Shown here: positions 9,497 to 19,509 of the stretch, one piece after another
How positions within the stretch are numbered: position 1 is the stretch's first letter
Layout: each line of letters opens with the position of its first letter
DNA from: an uncultured Gammaproteobacteria bacterium
Lineage (GTDB): Bacteria > Patescibacteriota > Patescibacteriia > UBA1558 > 2-01-FULL-52-15
Assembly (NCBI GenBank): GCA_964422585.1
Contig: CAYRBH010000002.1
Coordinates: 13,428 to 77,427, forward strand
Direction of reading: 5' to 3'
DNA: 64,000 bases
Made by a program: the position numbers and the translations under genes
The notes under the pieces: model-generated
What the model was told of the DNA's origin: nothing
The model's database searches: none
The model's input: only the letters and a program-made list of their open reading frames with translations

Positions 9497-12463
9497 ATGA
9501 CATCCTCTATGCCTATTCGTCAACTGAAACGAAAAGATGCTGAGGAGCCACGAAGCGCTTTTAGCACGCATAGTTTTACCAACGACAATACTATGAGCAC
9601 CGCCGACAGACGCAATGCTTCACGAAATACTCCAACCTCATCATCATGGACTACAAGCCCGCGAAGAGGAGGAACGCCAAAGAAACGCATACGCCGGCAG
9701 AAGACGCTCCTTGCGACATTCATTCGCTTGGGGTTGTTACTATTCCTGATCGGCGGAATTGGATTAGTGACTGTCTTTGCCTACTACTCGAAGGATTTGC
9801 CCGATCCGAATAAGATCATACAGCGCGATGTTGCTCAGAGCACGAAAATCTATGATCGTACCGGCACGGTATTGCTCTATGAGATACATGGAGCTGAGCG
9901 CAGGACCTCTATCGAGCTCTCTGACATACCGCAATATGCGATTAATGCGACTATCGCTATCGAAGATAAAAATTTCTTCAAGCATAGCGGTCTTTCATTC
10001 CCCAGTATCCTCAAAGCTATCGTCCTGGACGTCGCGAGCAAGATCGGCTTATACCATGGTATCGTTCCTGGCGGCTCAACCTTGACCCAGCAATTCATCA
10101 AGAACGCAGTACTCACAACCGAGAAAAGTTACTCCCGTAAAATTAAGGAGTTCGTGCTTGCCTATAGACTCGAGCAGAAATTCAGCAAAGAGCAGATACT
10201 CAAACTCTATTTCAATGAAATACCCTATGGCTCGACAGCGTATGGCATTGAGGCCGCCTCTCATATCTACTTCGACAAATCAGCGAAAGACCTGACCCTC
10301 GGCGAAGCCGCGATTCTCGCCGCATTGCCACAGGCCCCAAGCTACTACTCGCCTTATGGCGAGCATAAGGACGAGTTGATCGCGCGACAGCGTCTGGTCT
10401 TGAAACTCATGGTCGAGCAGGGTTATATCACCCAAGATCAGGCTCAGGCCGCTCGTGATGAAAAGATTGTCTTCAAGAGAAAACAGGAGGATATCAAGGC
10501 GCCGCATTTCGTGTTCATGGTGAAAGACGAATTGGCGCAGCGCTATGGAGAACGCCTCGTGGAGCAAGGCGGCCTGAAGATCATCACGACACTTGACTAT
10601 GATAAGCAAAAGATCGCCGAACAAACTATCAATGAGATAGGCGCTACCAATCTCGAAAAATACAAGGCGCAGAACGCGAGCCTGGTCACCATCGATGTGA
10701 ACACCGGGCAGGTGCTCGCGCTCGTAGGCTCGAGGGACTATTTCGATGACTCTATAGACGGGCAGGTCAATGTAGCGACAAGCCTCCGGCAGCCTGGCAG
10801 CTCCTTGAAGCCGATGATCTACTCTGAAGCATTCAATCAAGGCTACCGACCAGATACTATGATTTTCGATCTGCGGACAGCCTTCTCGAGCGACTACTCT
10901 CCTCAAGACTATGATGGCAAAGAGCGGGGCCCGATCTCGCTGCGCGATGCCTTACAAGGTTCGCTCAATATCCCTGCAGTTAAAATGCTCTATCTCATAG
11001 GCGTGCCGCGCGCCATCGAGCTCGCCCAGCAGCTTGGTTATACCTCACTCACCGATCCAAATCGCTACGGCCTATCACTAGTGCTCGGAGGTGGTGAAGT
11101 GAAGCTCATCGAGCATACGAACGCCTATGCGGCCTTCGCGCGCGAAGGTGTCTATAAACCCTATGCGGATGTACTGAGCGTTCAAGATGCTAATGGTAAC
11201 ACCTTAGAGCAATTCACTGATACTGAAGGACAGCGCGTGTTACCGCGAGAAGTCACCCGGCAGCTTTCAAATGTACTCTCAGACAATGATGCGCGCACGT
11301 TCATCTTCGGCGCGGGCAATCATCTCGTACTCGACGGCAGGCCGGTCGCGGCAAAAACCGGTACGACGAATGACTACAAGGATGCCTGGACCATGGGCTA
11401 CACCCCCTCCATAGTTACTGGCGTCTGGGTCGGTAATTCTGATAACACCTCCATGGGCCCGAAGGCTGACGGTTCTGTCGTGGCTGCTCCCATTTGGCAG
11501 AAGTATATGAATGCTATCCTCAAAGACACTCCTGTCGAACAATTCAAAGCGCCGGAGCCCTTGCCTGCGTGCACGAAACCTATGCTCTGCGGGACCTTAG
11601 GAAGCGAACGGGTTGTCAGGATTAATATGGATAATGGTAAACTTGCTGGCCCTGCGACACCGCCATCGAAAATCAAAGAAGTCACCTACAAAGAAGTGCA
11701 TGAGTTGCTGCAGTATGTAGACAAAACGAACCCAACCGGCCCTGAGCCAGCTGATCCCACTGCGGATCCACAATACAGCGCGTGGGAAGCGCCCGTACAG
11801 CAGTGGGCGCAAAAACAAGGATACCTCACTGATGTCCCACCGACCGAGATCGACACGACGTATAGCACCGCTGACCAACCATCGATCAACTGGACTTCGC
11901 TACAAGATGGCGCAACTATCACCTCGTTGCCTATCACTCTCAGCTCACAAGCTTCTGGGCCGCATGGCGTTGCAAAGGTGACCTATCTGTTGAACAATCA
12001 GATTATAGGCACGGCGACACAAGCTCCGTACACCTTTGCCTTCACGCCAAACACAACAGTACAAAATGGTACGTACACCTTAAGCGCCCGCGCGACTGAT
12101 AGTCTTGGCGATGAGCAACAAAACGATATTACGGTAACCATTAACCTGCCGCCTGACCCGAATGCCTGGTCAATTAACTGGATAGCGCCAGAACCGAACG
12201 CAACCTACGCGCTTGCGAATGTGCCAACAGAGCTACAGATAGGGATTACCAATCCACAGCGCATTAAAAAAATTGACTTCTACTATGCCAACGAAGGCGC
12301 GCCGCATTTCATTGGTTTCCAGAATGTCAGTGGCCAGACGCAACTAAATGAACCCTGGATAAAACCAGATTCGCCGGGGACCTATCAACTCTACCTTGTC
12401 GTGACTGATATACATAACCAGTCAATGACAGATCCTCTCATCTCTATTTCGGTCACCAATTGA
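9497..12463 (+). CDS. Class A penicillin-binding protein (PBP1A) with C-terminal Ig-like domains
   Basis: EDKNFFKH, GGSTLTQQ and RKIKE (transglycosylase); SSLK and KTGT (transpeptidase). Start is uncertain (possibly 9593). Confidence 0.92.
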   Translation: MTSSMPIRQLKRKDAEEPRSAFSTHSFTNDNTMSTADRRNASRNTPTSSSWTTSPRRGGTPKKRIRRQKTLLATFIRLGLLLFLIGGIGLVTVFAYYSKDLPDPNKIIQRDVAQSTKIYDRTGTVLLYEIHGAERRTSIELSDIPQYAINATIAIEDKNFFKHSGLSFPSILKAIVLDVASKIGLYHGIVPGGSTLTQQFIKNAVLTTEKSYSRKIKEFVLAYRLEQKFSKEQILKLYFNEIPYGSTAYGIEAASHIYFDKSAKDLTLGEAAILAALPQAPSYYSPYGEHKDELIARQRLVLKLMVEQGYITQDQAQAARDEKIVFKRKQEDIKAPHFVFMVKDELAQRYGERLVEQGGLKIITTLDYDKQKIAEQTINEIGATNLEKYKAQNASLVTIDVNTGQVLALVGSRDYFDDSIDGQVNVATSLRQPGSSLKPMIYSEAFNQGYRPDTMIFDLRTAFSSDYSPQDYDGKERGPISLRDALQGSLNIPAVKMLYLIGVPRAIELAQQLGYTSLTDPNRYGLSLVLGGGEVKLIEHTNAYAAFAREGVYKPYADVLSVQDANGNTLEQFTDTEGQRVLPREVTRQLSNVLSDNDARTFIFGAGNHLVLDGRPVAAKTGTTNDYKDAWTMGYTPSIVTGVWVGNSDNTSMGPKADGSVVAAPIWQKYMNAILKDTPVEQFKAPEPLPACTKPMLCGTLGSERVVRINMDNGKLAGPATPPSKIKEVTYKEVHELLQYVDKTNPTGPEPADPTADPQYSAWEAPVQQWAQKQGYLTDVPPTEIDTTYSTADQPSINWTSLQDGATITSLPITLSSQASGPHGVAKVTYLLNNQIIGTATQAPYTFAFTPNTTVQNGTYTLSARATDSLGDEQQNDITVTINLPPDPNAWSINWIAPEPNATYALANVPTELQIGITNPQRIKKIDFYYANEGAPHFIGFQNVSGQTQLNEPWIKPDSPGTYQLYLVVTDIHNQSMTDPLISISVTN

Positions 12464-12487
12464 CCGTCAGGTACTATTACTTGGTTA

Positions 12488-12516
12488 TTGACAAGGATAC
12501 CGTACTGTTGTACCGT
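12488..12516 (+). promoter_or_regulatory. Putative sigma-70 promoter for the secreted-protein pair
   Basis: TTGACA-N17-TACCGT. Confidence 0.5.
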
Positions 12517-12632
12517 AGAGCGTTCTATGGTTAAATTGAATAAACGCACACACAGGCCTATTCCATAGTGGAATTTGCCCAGCGTGCACTCAACGTACCT
12601 TGACTTATAGGTTTAGGAAGGTGGTGATACCA

Positions 12633-13340
12633 GTGCGCCGATTCGTTTCTCTGTTTGTGACCGTGTTCGCTCTGTGCGCTCTCGAAGCGTACGCCGGAGA
12701 CCAGCCGAAGCCCCTCGTCATCCCTGACAACTTCTTCATGGCCTACGTCAAGCCGGACAACACCGTGGCCTTCGGGTTCTCGGTGCCGCCCGACGCAAAC
12801 CCCAACTTCGCTGAAGCAGACGCCAGTTGGTGGAACGTCGTCGCCAAGCACCGGGTCCTCATGGACACGAACGCCGACTACAAGGCGGCCTACTTCGCGA
12901 CAGCGAGCGATCCTGATCTCCAATCCACCGGCATTACGTTCAAAGCCTGGTCTACGGCATCGCAAGATGAAAAGGCCACGTTGCGGGCCACGTTGCGGCA
13001 GCGCGTCGCAGACGTACTCCAGAAACATGGTCTTCGAGACCAGCTCGCGAGCCTGCAGGCAGACAACCAGCAAGTCGCCCTCATGGCGATGCAGTTGAGC
13101 GGAGCGAAACGCACCGCTCTCCCCCTCGTCCGGTTCTGTCCGGGTGCCGAAGGCAACATCTCCGTCAATCACAACGACCCCGACTTCCCGAAGCTTGAGC
13201 AAGCGATGAAGACACCACGCTACGACGAGGCTCTCGTCGCTTTCAAGAACTTCGAAGCCGAACACCCCAACGCGTCGATCGACGACCGCACCGCTAAGCT
13301 CAACGAGCTCGTGCGGCCACTGCTGACCGCGTCCCAATAA
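12633..13340 (+). CDS. Hypothetical secreted protein
   Basis: GTG start after a GGAAGGTGGTG SD-like site; signal peptide ending ...LEAYA|G; GC-rich codons. Confidence 0.75.
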   Translation: MRRFVSLFVTVFALCALEAYAGDQPKPLVIPDNFFMAYVKPDNTVAFGFSVPPDANPNFAEADASWWNVVAKHRVLMDTNADYKAAYFATASDPDLQSTGITFKAWSTASQDEKATLRATLRQRVADVLQKHGLRDQLASLQADNQQVALMAMQLSGAKRTALPLVRFCPGAEGNISVNHNDPDFPKLEQAMKTPRYDEALVAFKNFEAEHPNASIDDRTAKLNELVRPLLTASQ

Positions 13341-13385
13341 CCGACCTCTCCAGGAGGAGGGTCACTTCGAAAGAAGGAGTCTGGA

Positions 13386-14114
13386 ATGATGAAGAACAGA
13401 CCGTCTCTCGTCCTCGGCTTGATCGCGTTCGCCGCCATGACCCCCGCCTCGTTCGCGGCGCAGAAGTCCGCGTCACCCCCGGTCAGTCTGACCCACAACG
13501 GGAGACTGAACGCTCCGCTTACGCCGATGCAGAACGAGATCTCGATCTACGTGACCGACACCGGCCGGCTGATCAGCCCGCCACCCATCGACTCGGCGAC
13601 CAACCAGCCGACACTGGACCTCGAGAAGGTCGCGAAGCACGAAGCCACGCAGGTCTGGATCAACGACAACCTGGACCATCTGAACGCCGTCGTCGGCAGA
13701 TTCGCCGCCGAGGCAAGAACGGCCAAGGCATCCGACGTGACCGGATACATCAATACCGCCTTGCAGGCTCACCTCGCGCAGATCGGAGCAGGCCGCGAAA
13801 TCGACAGGATCAACGCGACCATGATCCACCAGCTGGCAACGCCGGCGCCAAGCCCGGTTTCGACCGTCGGCAACAACCCGACCAACGCATCCCTCGTCGG
13901 GAACGTCGGGAAGGGCCAGGAGATCGACCCCAACAAGTACGCGCAGCTGAACGGCAGCTGCGGTCCTCGGGGCACGTGCCTCACCGTGGTGGAGATCTGC
14001 ATCACCGACCCGACCGGGACGAGTTGCAGCGTCATCGACTGCGACACCGGTTGCCGTGGCTGTTGCGGCTACGGCCTCAAGATGGCGGCGGTCGACCCGC
14101 CGGCGGCTTTCTAG
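13386..14114 (+). CDS. Hypothetical secreted protein with an 8-Cys C-terminal domain
   Basis: SD AAGGAG; signal peptide ...ASFA|A; C-terminal Cys cluster. Confidence 0.75.
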   Translation: MMKNRPSLVLGLIAFAAMTPASFAAQKSASPPVSLTHNGRLNAPLTPMQNEISIYVTDTGRLISPPPIDSATNQPTLDLEKVAKHEATQVWINDNLDHLNAVVGRFAAEARTAKASDVTGYINTALQAHLAQIGAGREIDRINATMIHQLATPAPSPVSTVGNNPTNASLVGNVGKGQEIDPNKYAQLNGSCGPRGTCLTVVEICITDPTGTSCSVIDCDTGCRGCCGYGLKMAAVDPPAAF

Positions 14115-14160
14115 CCGTACCTTCCTTCCCACAACCAGCCCGCGCGCAAGCGCGGTCTTC

Positions 14161-14201
14161 AGGGCGCGGGGACCTCACGGTTCTCGCGCCCTCCTTTTTT
14201 T
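14161..14201 (+). terminator. Intrinsic terminator
   Basis: agggcgcggg...ctcgcgccct hairpin followed by a T tract. Confidence 0.75.
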
Positions 14202-14290
14202 GGAGGCAGATATGCCTATCGTCCTTGCCAGAAGAATTCGGCTACGGCGCATCTCCACACGGGGGGGGTGCGCTTTTCTTTTACAAAAAT

Positions 14291-15001
14291 TTAGAGGCGC
14301 CAGGGCAAGAGAAGTGTATCGAGGATATTCGAGCGGCCGATCTTCGAAGCCCCGATCGTCCTATCTCGAAAGGTAATAGCGACCTCCTCAATCCGCGCAT
14401 GCGCTTTCACAGCTGCCCAGCTTGTTTCTATTTGAAAAGCATACCCATCTGATCGTGTAGCTGTTATACCAATGCGCTCAAGCAAAGAAGTTTTCCAGAT
14501 CTTATAGCCGCTGGTCGAGTCTTTAATATGATACTGCGGATCTTTGAAGCGAAGGATGGCGTTAATATATATGTTCGCTATACGGCTTACTAGCAAACGA
14601 AAGTATGACCAATGAGAAATGGAACCGCCTTTGACATAACGACTACCAATGACCAGCTCAGCGTCCTGCGCTTTTTCTAGCAGCCCCCGCAGGGCATGAG
14701 GGTCATGAGATCCATCAGCGTCCATTTGGACGACGATATCATATCCCCGCTCGAGCGCCCAGCGAAAACCATCACGATAGGCGCTTCCAAGCCCTTGTTT
14801 AGAGCCTCTCTGCACAAGATGTATCGACGGGTGCTGCGCGCACTGTTCCCGCATATACTCCCCCGTACCATCGAGGGACCCGTCATCAATGACGAGTATA
14901 TCCAAGGGCAGCCCCCTGAGCGCATCGATAAGGATCGGGAGTGCTCCGCGCTCATTATAGGTTGGTATCACTACCAGTGTTTTTGCGTCGAGCACAGCCA
15001 C
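14291..15001 (-). CDS. Polyprenol monophosphomannose synthase-like GT2
   Basis: IPTYNE, DDGS.DGT, QMDADGSH and GSRY motifs. Confidence 0.9.
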   Translation of the reverse strand: MAVLDAKTLVVIPTYNERGALPILIDALRGLPLDILVIDDGSLDGTGEYMREQCAQHPSIHLVQRGSKQGLGSAYRDGFRWALERGYDIVVQMDADGSHDPHALRGLLEKAQDAELVIGSRYVKGGSISHWSYFRLLVSRIANIYINAILRFKDPQYHIKDSTSGYKIWKTSLLERIGITATRSDGYAFQIETSWAAVKAHARIEEVAITFRDRTIGASKIGRSNILDTLLLPWRL

Positions 15002-16107
15002 TACTGTTTAATGGGCATGATGACATACACAAACCCATCCTCCTTCGGCGCAGTAAGTACGGCGGGCGTGGTTGGCTCATTGGTCCTTAGTGTCGCGCGG
15101 TCGCTTGAAATATGCGCGAGACCATCAAGTAAAAATTTATAGTTAAAAACTATATCAAGCTCCTGTTCTTTGACCAAACTTGGCACATTCGAAATGTTCT
15201 TGCCGAATGTACTGTTCTCAGCGTTGATGGCAATGTCTGAGAAGCGCTTGTCGAGAGAGATTCGTACGTCATTGATACCTTGCTTACAAAACAGAGAGGT
15301 TGTTTTGATCGCCTGCGCCATATCATATACCTTGAACTCCACGATATTCTTGAATGTGGTTGGGATTATTTGTTTATAGTCCGGATAGTCGCCGGTGATA
15401 ATGCGGGAAACTAGTTGTGTTTGGCCACATACAAAAAGTATCTGGGTATCATTGATGGTGATTGTTGTATTTTCCTCTTCCGAGAGCGGCAACACTCGAA
15501 CTAACTCCTGCAATGTCTTTGAGGGAATGATTATTGCTCGGGGATGTGGGGTTTTTGTTGCGAGCGAAACCTTTTTTTCAACGAGGCGATAGCCGTCTGT
15601 CGCCACAAATATACAGTGTTTGTCTTCAAGGATGATATACACACCAGTGAGTTCTGGCCGAGACTCGTCGTTTGACACCGCGAAAACAGTTTGATTAAGC
15701 GCCTCGATGAGTGTTGCTGTTGGCAGGGTGATTGTGGTTTTTGCCTCTACCTCTGGGATTACCGGAAAGTCGGATGATTCAAGGCCACGAATAGTTGTTT
15801 GGTGGTTCTCGCCGCGTAAGTGCAGTGTTTTGTCCACCAACTCAACCTCGACATTCTCTTTTTTCAATGTGTTAACAAATTCGGAGAGAAGCTTCGCTTG
15901 TACCGTAAAGTCTCCCTCAGACTCGATCTTACCACGCACCTTTGTTTTTATGCCTATCTCTAAGTTTGTTGAAACCAACAGTAAACCATCTTTTCTTGCC
16001 TGCAAAAGCACATTATTTAAAATGGGCAGGTTTGTGTTTTTATCACTTAATCGCGCGACAATATTTAATCCTCTGGAAAAATTTTCTTGTGTGCAGGTTA
16101 ATTTCAT
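15001..16107 (-). CDS. dnaN: DNA polymerase III beta clamp
   Basis: LPILNNVL, VATDGYRL, YPDY and C-terminal VIMPIK; adjacent to dnaA. Confidence 0.97.
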   Translation of the reverse strand: MKLTCTQENFSRGLNIVARLSDKNTNLPILNNVLLQARKDGLLLVSTNLEIGIKTKVRGKIESEGDFTVQAKLLSEFVNTLKKENVEVELVDKTLHLRGENHQTTIRGLESSDFPVIPEVEAKTTITLPTATLIEALNQTVFAVSNDESRPELTGVYIILEDKHCIFVATDGYRLVEKKVSLATKTPHPRAIIIPSKTLQELVRVLPLSEEENTTITINDTQILFVCGQTQLVSRIITGDYPDYKQIIPTTFKNIVEFKVYDMAQAIKTTSLFCKQGINDVRISLDKRFSDIAINAENSTFGKNISNVPSLVKEQELDIVFNYKFLLDGLAHISSDRATLRTNEPTTPAVLTAPKEDGFVYVIMPIKQ

Positions 16108-16356
16108 ACAACTCTTATTAGGGGTTTTATATACTATTGATAGTTATAATAATAGGGTGTGTGGATAGGTGGGTAAGTGTTGGGGGGTGGGTTTTGGCTT
16201 GATTATGTAGTAAAAAATGAGGTGCTGTGTGTGTACAAATTTTGGATGAGGCTGGGTATGTTGTTGTGGATGTTTGGGTGAAGAAAAAAGTAAGTTTTTT
16301 GTTTTTGTGTATAAGGTTTAGATATTCAGAATATGAGAAACAGTTAAACACATTTT
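16108..16356. other. Putative oriC (dnaA-dnaN intergenic region)
   Basis: DnaA-box-like TGTGGATAG (16160-16168), TGTGGATGT (16265-16273) and TGTGTATAA (16306-16314); AT-rich trio-like tract at 16135-16155. Confidence 0.75.
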
Positions 16357-17733
16357 TTACTCATACATTTTTTGACGCAGCAGGGCCACATCATTCCTAA
16401 TTTTTTCATTCGAATTCAAATACTCTTCTATCTTACCGCAAGCGTGCATGGCGGTTGTGTGATCCCTGCCACCAAGCTGCTGGCCAATATGCGGATATGA
16501 ACAGGACATTTCTTCGCGCAATAAATACATCGTGATCTGTCGAGGTATGACCAGCTCTTTTCTTCTAACCGGCCCGGCCAGATCTTTCAGTGATATGTCA
16601 AAGAAGTCGGCGACCAGCTGAATGAGCTTTTTACTGGTCAGACCGCCTTTTTGAGGCTTTGAGCTCGTGGAAACCAAGAGTGTTTTGGTGGATTCTTTTG
16701 TTGGCGTTGAATTAGAAAGTTGATGGTAGGCCACGATTCTATTTAAAGCGCCCTCAAGCTCACGAATATTTTCAGAAACGGTTTCAGCGATCGACCTAAT
16801 GATATCAGGGTCTAATAAGAGACCTCGTTCTTGGCACTTTGATTCAAGAATAGCGATGCGAGTCTCAAGGTCGGGCGCGCTGATATCAGCTATCATCCCC
16901 CACTCAAATCTTGAAACAAGCCGGTTTTCAATAGAAGGTATTGATTTTGGAGGCCTATCTGAACTCAGAACGATCTGCTTGTTTGTTTGGTGCAGGGCGT
17001 TGAAAGTGTGGAAAAATTCCTCTTGGGTCTGTTCTTTGCCGGCGATGAATTGTATATCATCAATCAATAATACATCGACCGATCGGTAGGTCTTCTTAAA
17101 TTTCTCAGTCGTTCCTTGTTTGATGGCGCTTACGAAATCATTCGTGAACCGCTCGCTATTTACGTAGAGCACCTTTAGCTTTGGGTTCGTACTTGCAAAA
17201 TGATTCCCGACAGCCTGGATTAAGTGCGTCTTGCCGAGGCCAACGCCGCCATAGATAAAGAGCGGGTTATAAATTTCCCCCGGCCTTGTGACAACAGCCT
17301 TTGCTGCCGCATGGGCCAGCTCATTACCAGAGCCAACGATAAAGGTATCGAAGGTATATTTTTGGTTCAAACCAAGCTTCCCATTCTCAGAATCAGAGCG
17401 ATCAAGCGGGAAAGGTGCCTCAGCAGATGGAGTGTGTTTAGCTGTTTTTTGTCCTGAGCTCGGTGATGGTTTCTCACCCTCTTGTTTTGCGGAGACGCGA
17501 TACGAAATAGTCAAATTTTTCTCACCAGTGATATTCCCTATGGCAGTCGCTATCTGGTCATTATATTTTTTTTCCAACCAAGCCTTGGTAAAAGCGTTGG
17601 GCACCCCGATCACTGTTTCACGCGGACCATGTTCGATTATAAAAGTGTTCTTGAACCAGGTCGTGAAGTTGACCTTGCTTATCAATATCTCGAGCTCACC
17701 GAGAACAGCGTGCCAGAGTTGATTAGTATCCAT
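16357..17733 (-). CDS. dnaA: Chromosomal replication initiator
   Basis: YNPLFIYGGVGLGKTHL, DDIQF, EEFFHTFN and RDHTT motifs. Confidence 0.98.
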   Translation of the reverse strand: MDTNQLWHAVLGELEILISKVNFTTWFKNTFIIEHGPRETVIGVPNAFTKAWLEKKYNDQIATAIGNITGEKNLTISYRVSAKQEGEKPSPSSGQKTAKHTPSAEAPFPLDRSDSENGKLGLNQKYTFDTFIVGSGNELAHAAAKAVVTRPGEIYNPLFIYGGVGLGKTHLIQAVGNHFASTNPKLKVLYVNSERFTNDFVSAIKQGTTEKFKKTYRSVDVLLIDDIQFIAGKEQTQEEFFHTFNALHQTNKQIVLSSDRPPKSIPSIENRLVSRFEWGMIADISAPDLETRIAILESKCQERGLLLDPDIIRSIAETVSENIRELEGALNRIVAYHQLSNSTPTKESTKTLLVSTSSKPQKGGLTSKKLIQLVADFFDISLKDLAGPVRRKELVIPRQITMYLLREEMSCSYPHIGQQLGGRDHTTAMHACGKIEEYLNSNEKIRNDVALLRQKMYE

Positions 17734-17968
17734 GGGTTTTTGTATACAAGCTTTTGATAGGTCCTAGAATAGCACAAAAGGATATTCACAGAAACGCCCT
17801 TATCGTGCACATACTGTTGATAATCTGTGTATGTCGTAGTACCTCATATTTTTTATTCTGTCCAGCCCTCTACTTGTGGCAATGCTGCTCAAAAATCATT
17901 GTACTAGTACACTCCGCGACCTATGCATTTACAAAGCAAGGTATATGTGATACTTTTTTCTAGTATCT

Positions 17969-18109
17969 ATGGCAACAAAACGAACCTATCAACCGAAAAA
18001 ACGAAAGCGTGTGCGAGCGCATGGATTTAGGGCTCGTATGGCGACCGCCGGTGGCCGCAAGGTTATTCGTCGCAGAAAAGCCAAGGGACGAAAAAAACTA
18101 ACAGTCTAA
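17969..18109 (+). CDS. rpmH: 50S ribosomal protein L34
   Basis: Read manually (not in the ORF track): [46 protein letters not shown]. Confidence 0.96.
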   Translation: MATKRTYQPKKRKRVRAHGFRARMATAGGRKVIRRRKAKGRKKLTV

Positions 18110-18115
18110 GTCTGT

Positions 18116-18466
18116 ATGCTTTCCCGTGCTCATCGTTTGCGCGGTGATCCGGTATTTAAGAGGCTTGCGCGCATTGGGCAACCTTTTTTTGGTACTTCAT
18201 TGACCTTTCGCATTGCTCCACAAGGAACAGATCGCTCACTGCCAACCCGTTTTGCCTTCGTAGTCTCCACAAAGGTGAGCAAGAAGGCAGTTGAGCGCAA
18301 CTTATTGCGCAGAAGGCTTCGAGAAATTATCCGGGCAGAACTTCCTCAATTAAAAACAGGCCTTGAAGTCTTGATCATTGCGCGTCCCCAGGCACGGCAG
18401 CTTGATTTTCAAGCTTTGAAACAAGAAGTCGAAGCCTTACTCACAAAGTCTCGCCTATGGCTATAA
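18116..18466 (+). CDS. rnpA: Ribonuclease P protein component
   Basis: KVSKKAVERNLLRRRLRE; synteny. Confidence 0.95.
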   Translation: MLSRAHRLRGDPVFKRLARIGQPFFGTSLTFRIAPQGTDRSLPTRFAFVVSTKVSKKAVERNLLRRRLREIIRAELPQLKTGLEVLIIARPQARQLDFQALKQEVEALLTKSRLWL

Positions 18467-18720
18467 GTACTAGCGTGCTCCTACTTCCACGCAGAGCTGT
18501 TCTGCAGCTGATACGGCTCTATCAGAGGACGGTATCTCCGGATACAGGCATAGTTGCGGCCCTTTTCCCACATGGTTATTGCCGTTTTCATCCAACCTGC
18601 TCAGAATATACATACCAAGCTATCGAACGGTATGGTATAGTACGAGGCAGTCTGAAGGGCGTCTACCGTATTATTCGCTGTAATCCCTGGAATACAGGCG
18701 GCATTGACCCTATAACCTAA
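18457..18720 (+). CDS. yidD: Membrane protein insertion efficiency factor
   Basis: CRFHPTCSEY...RCNPW..GG.DP motif. Confidence 0.93.
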   Translation: MAISTSVLLLPRRAVLQLIRLYQRTVSPDTGIVAALFPHGYCRFHPTCSEYTYQAIERYGIVRGSLKGVYRIIRCNPWNTGGIDPIT

Positions 18721-18729
18721 CACCACAGT

Positions 18730-19419
18730 ATGTTTATTTATACCGAAGTATTATACAAGCCACTTTTTAACCTATTGATCTTTTTGTATAACACCATCCC
18801 AGGTCATGACCTGGGTGTTACTATCATCGTGCTGACGCTGATCATCAAGTTGGTGCTGTATCCACTGAACCGGCGCGCCATCATATCCCAGAAAGCGCTG
18901 CAGACCATACAGCCGAAAGTTGAAGAGTTGAAAGAGAGGTATAAGGATGATCGCGAAAAGCTTGGTACGGAGATGATGCAGTTGTATAAGCAAGAGAAAA
19001 TAAATCCTTTTTCTTCCTGTTTGCCGCTCTTGATACAGCTACCGATACTCATCGCTGTCTATCAGGTGTTTATACATGGTCTCAAGAATCAAAGCTTCGA
19101 ACTGCTGTACCCGGGTATAGCGAGTCCAGGCTCTTTGAGCACCTTCGCTTTTGGCTTCCTTGATCTTTTGAAGCCGAATCTTATACTCGCGCTCATGGCA
19201 GGGCTCGCCCAATTCTGGCAGACGAAAATGCTTATGGCCAAGAATAAAAAGGCCGGTTCCATGACTTCAGCCATGAATTCCCAGATGCTCTATATGATGC
19301 CGGTAATGACTGTTATTATTGGATCTCGTTTTCCGGCCGGCCTGGCACTCTATTGGTTCTCGACTACTTTTTTCTCAGTACTCCAGCAGATGTGGATGTT
19401 CAGGAAAAAAACCGCTTAG
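18730..19419 (+). CDS. yidC: Membrane protein insertase (short form)
   Basis: NPFSSCLPLLIQLP and GLALYW motifs; synteny. Confidence 0.93.
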   Translation: MFIYTEVLYKPLFNLLIFLYNTIPGHDLGVTIIVLTLIIKLVLYPLNRRAIISQKALQTIQPKVEELKERYKDDREKLGTEMMQLYKQEKINPFSSCLPLLIQLPILIAVYQVFIHGLKNQSFELLYPGIASPGSLSTFAFGFLDLLKPNLILALMAGLAQFWQTKMLMAKNKKAGSMTSAMNSQMLYMMPVMTVIIGSRFPAGLALYWFSTTFFSVLQQMWMFRKKTA

Positions 19420-19446
19420 TGGGTGCTAACAGTGAGTATGTATATA

Positions 19447-19478
19447 CACCGCCCTCCTGCACTGCAGGAGGGCGGTTT
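19447..19478. terminator. Hairpin terminator between convergent genes
   Basis: accgccctcctgca c tgcaggagggcggt. Confidence 0.7.
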
Positions 19479-19509
19479 CGGCTACTCTGTTTTCATGAGA
19501 TGGGACTAT

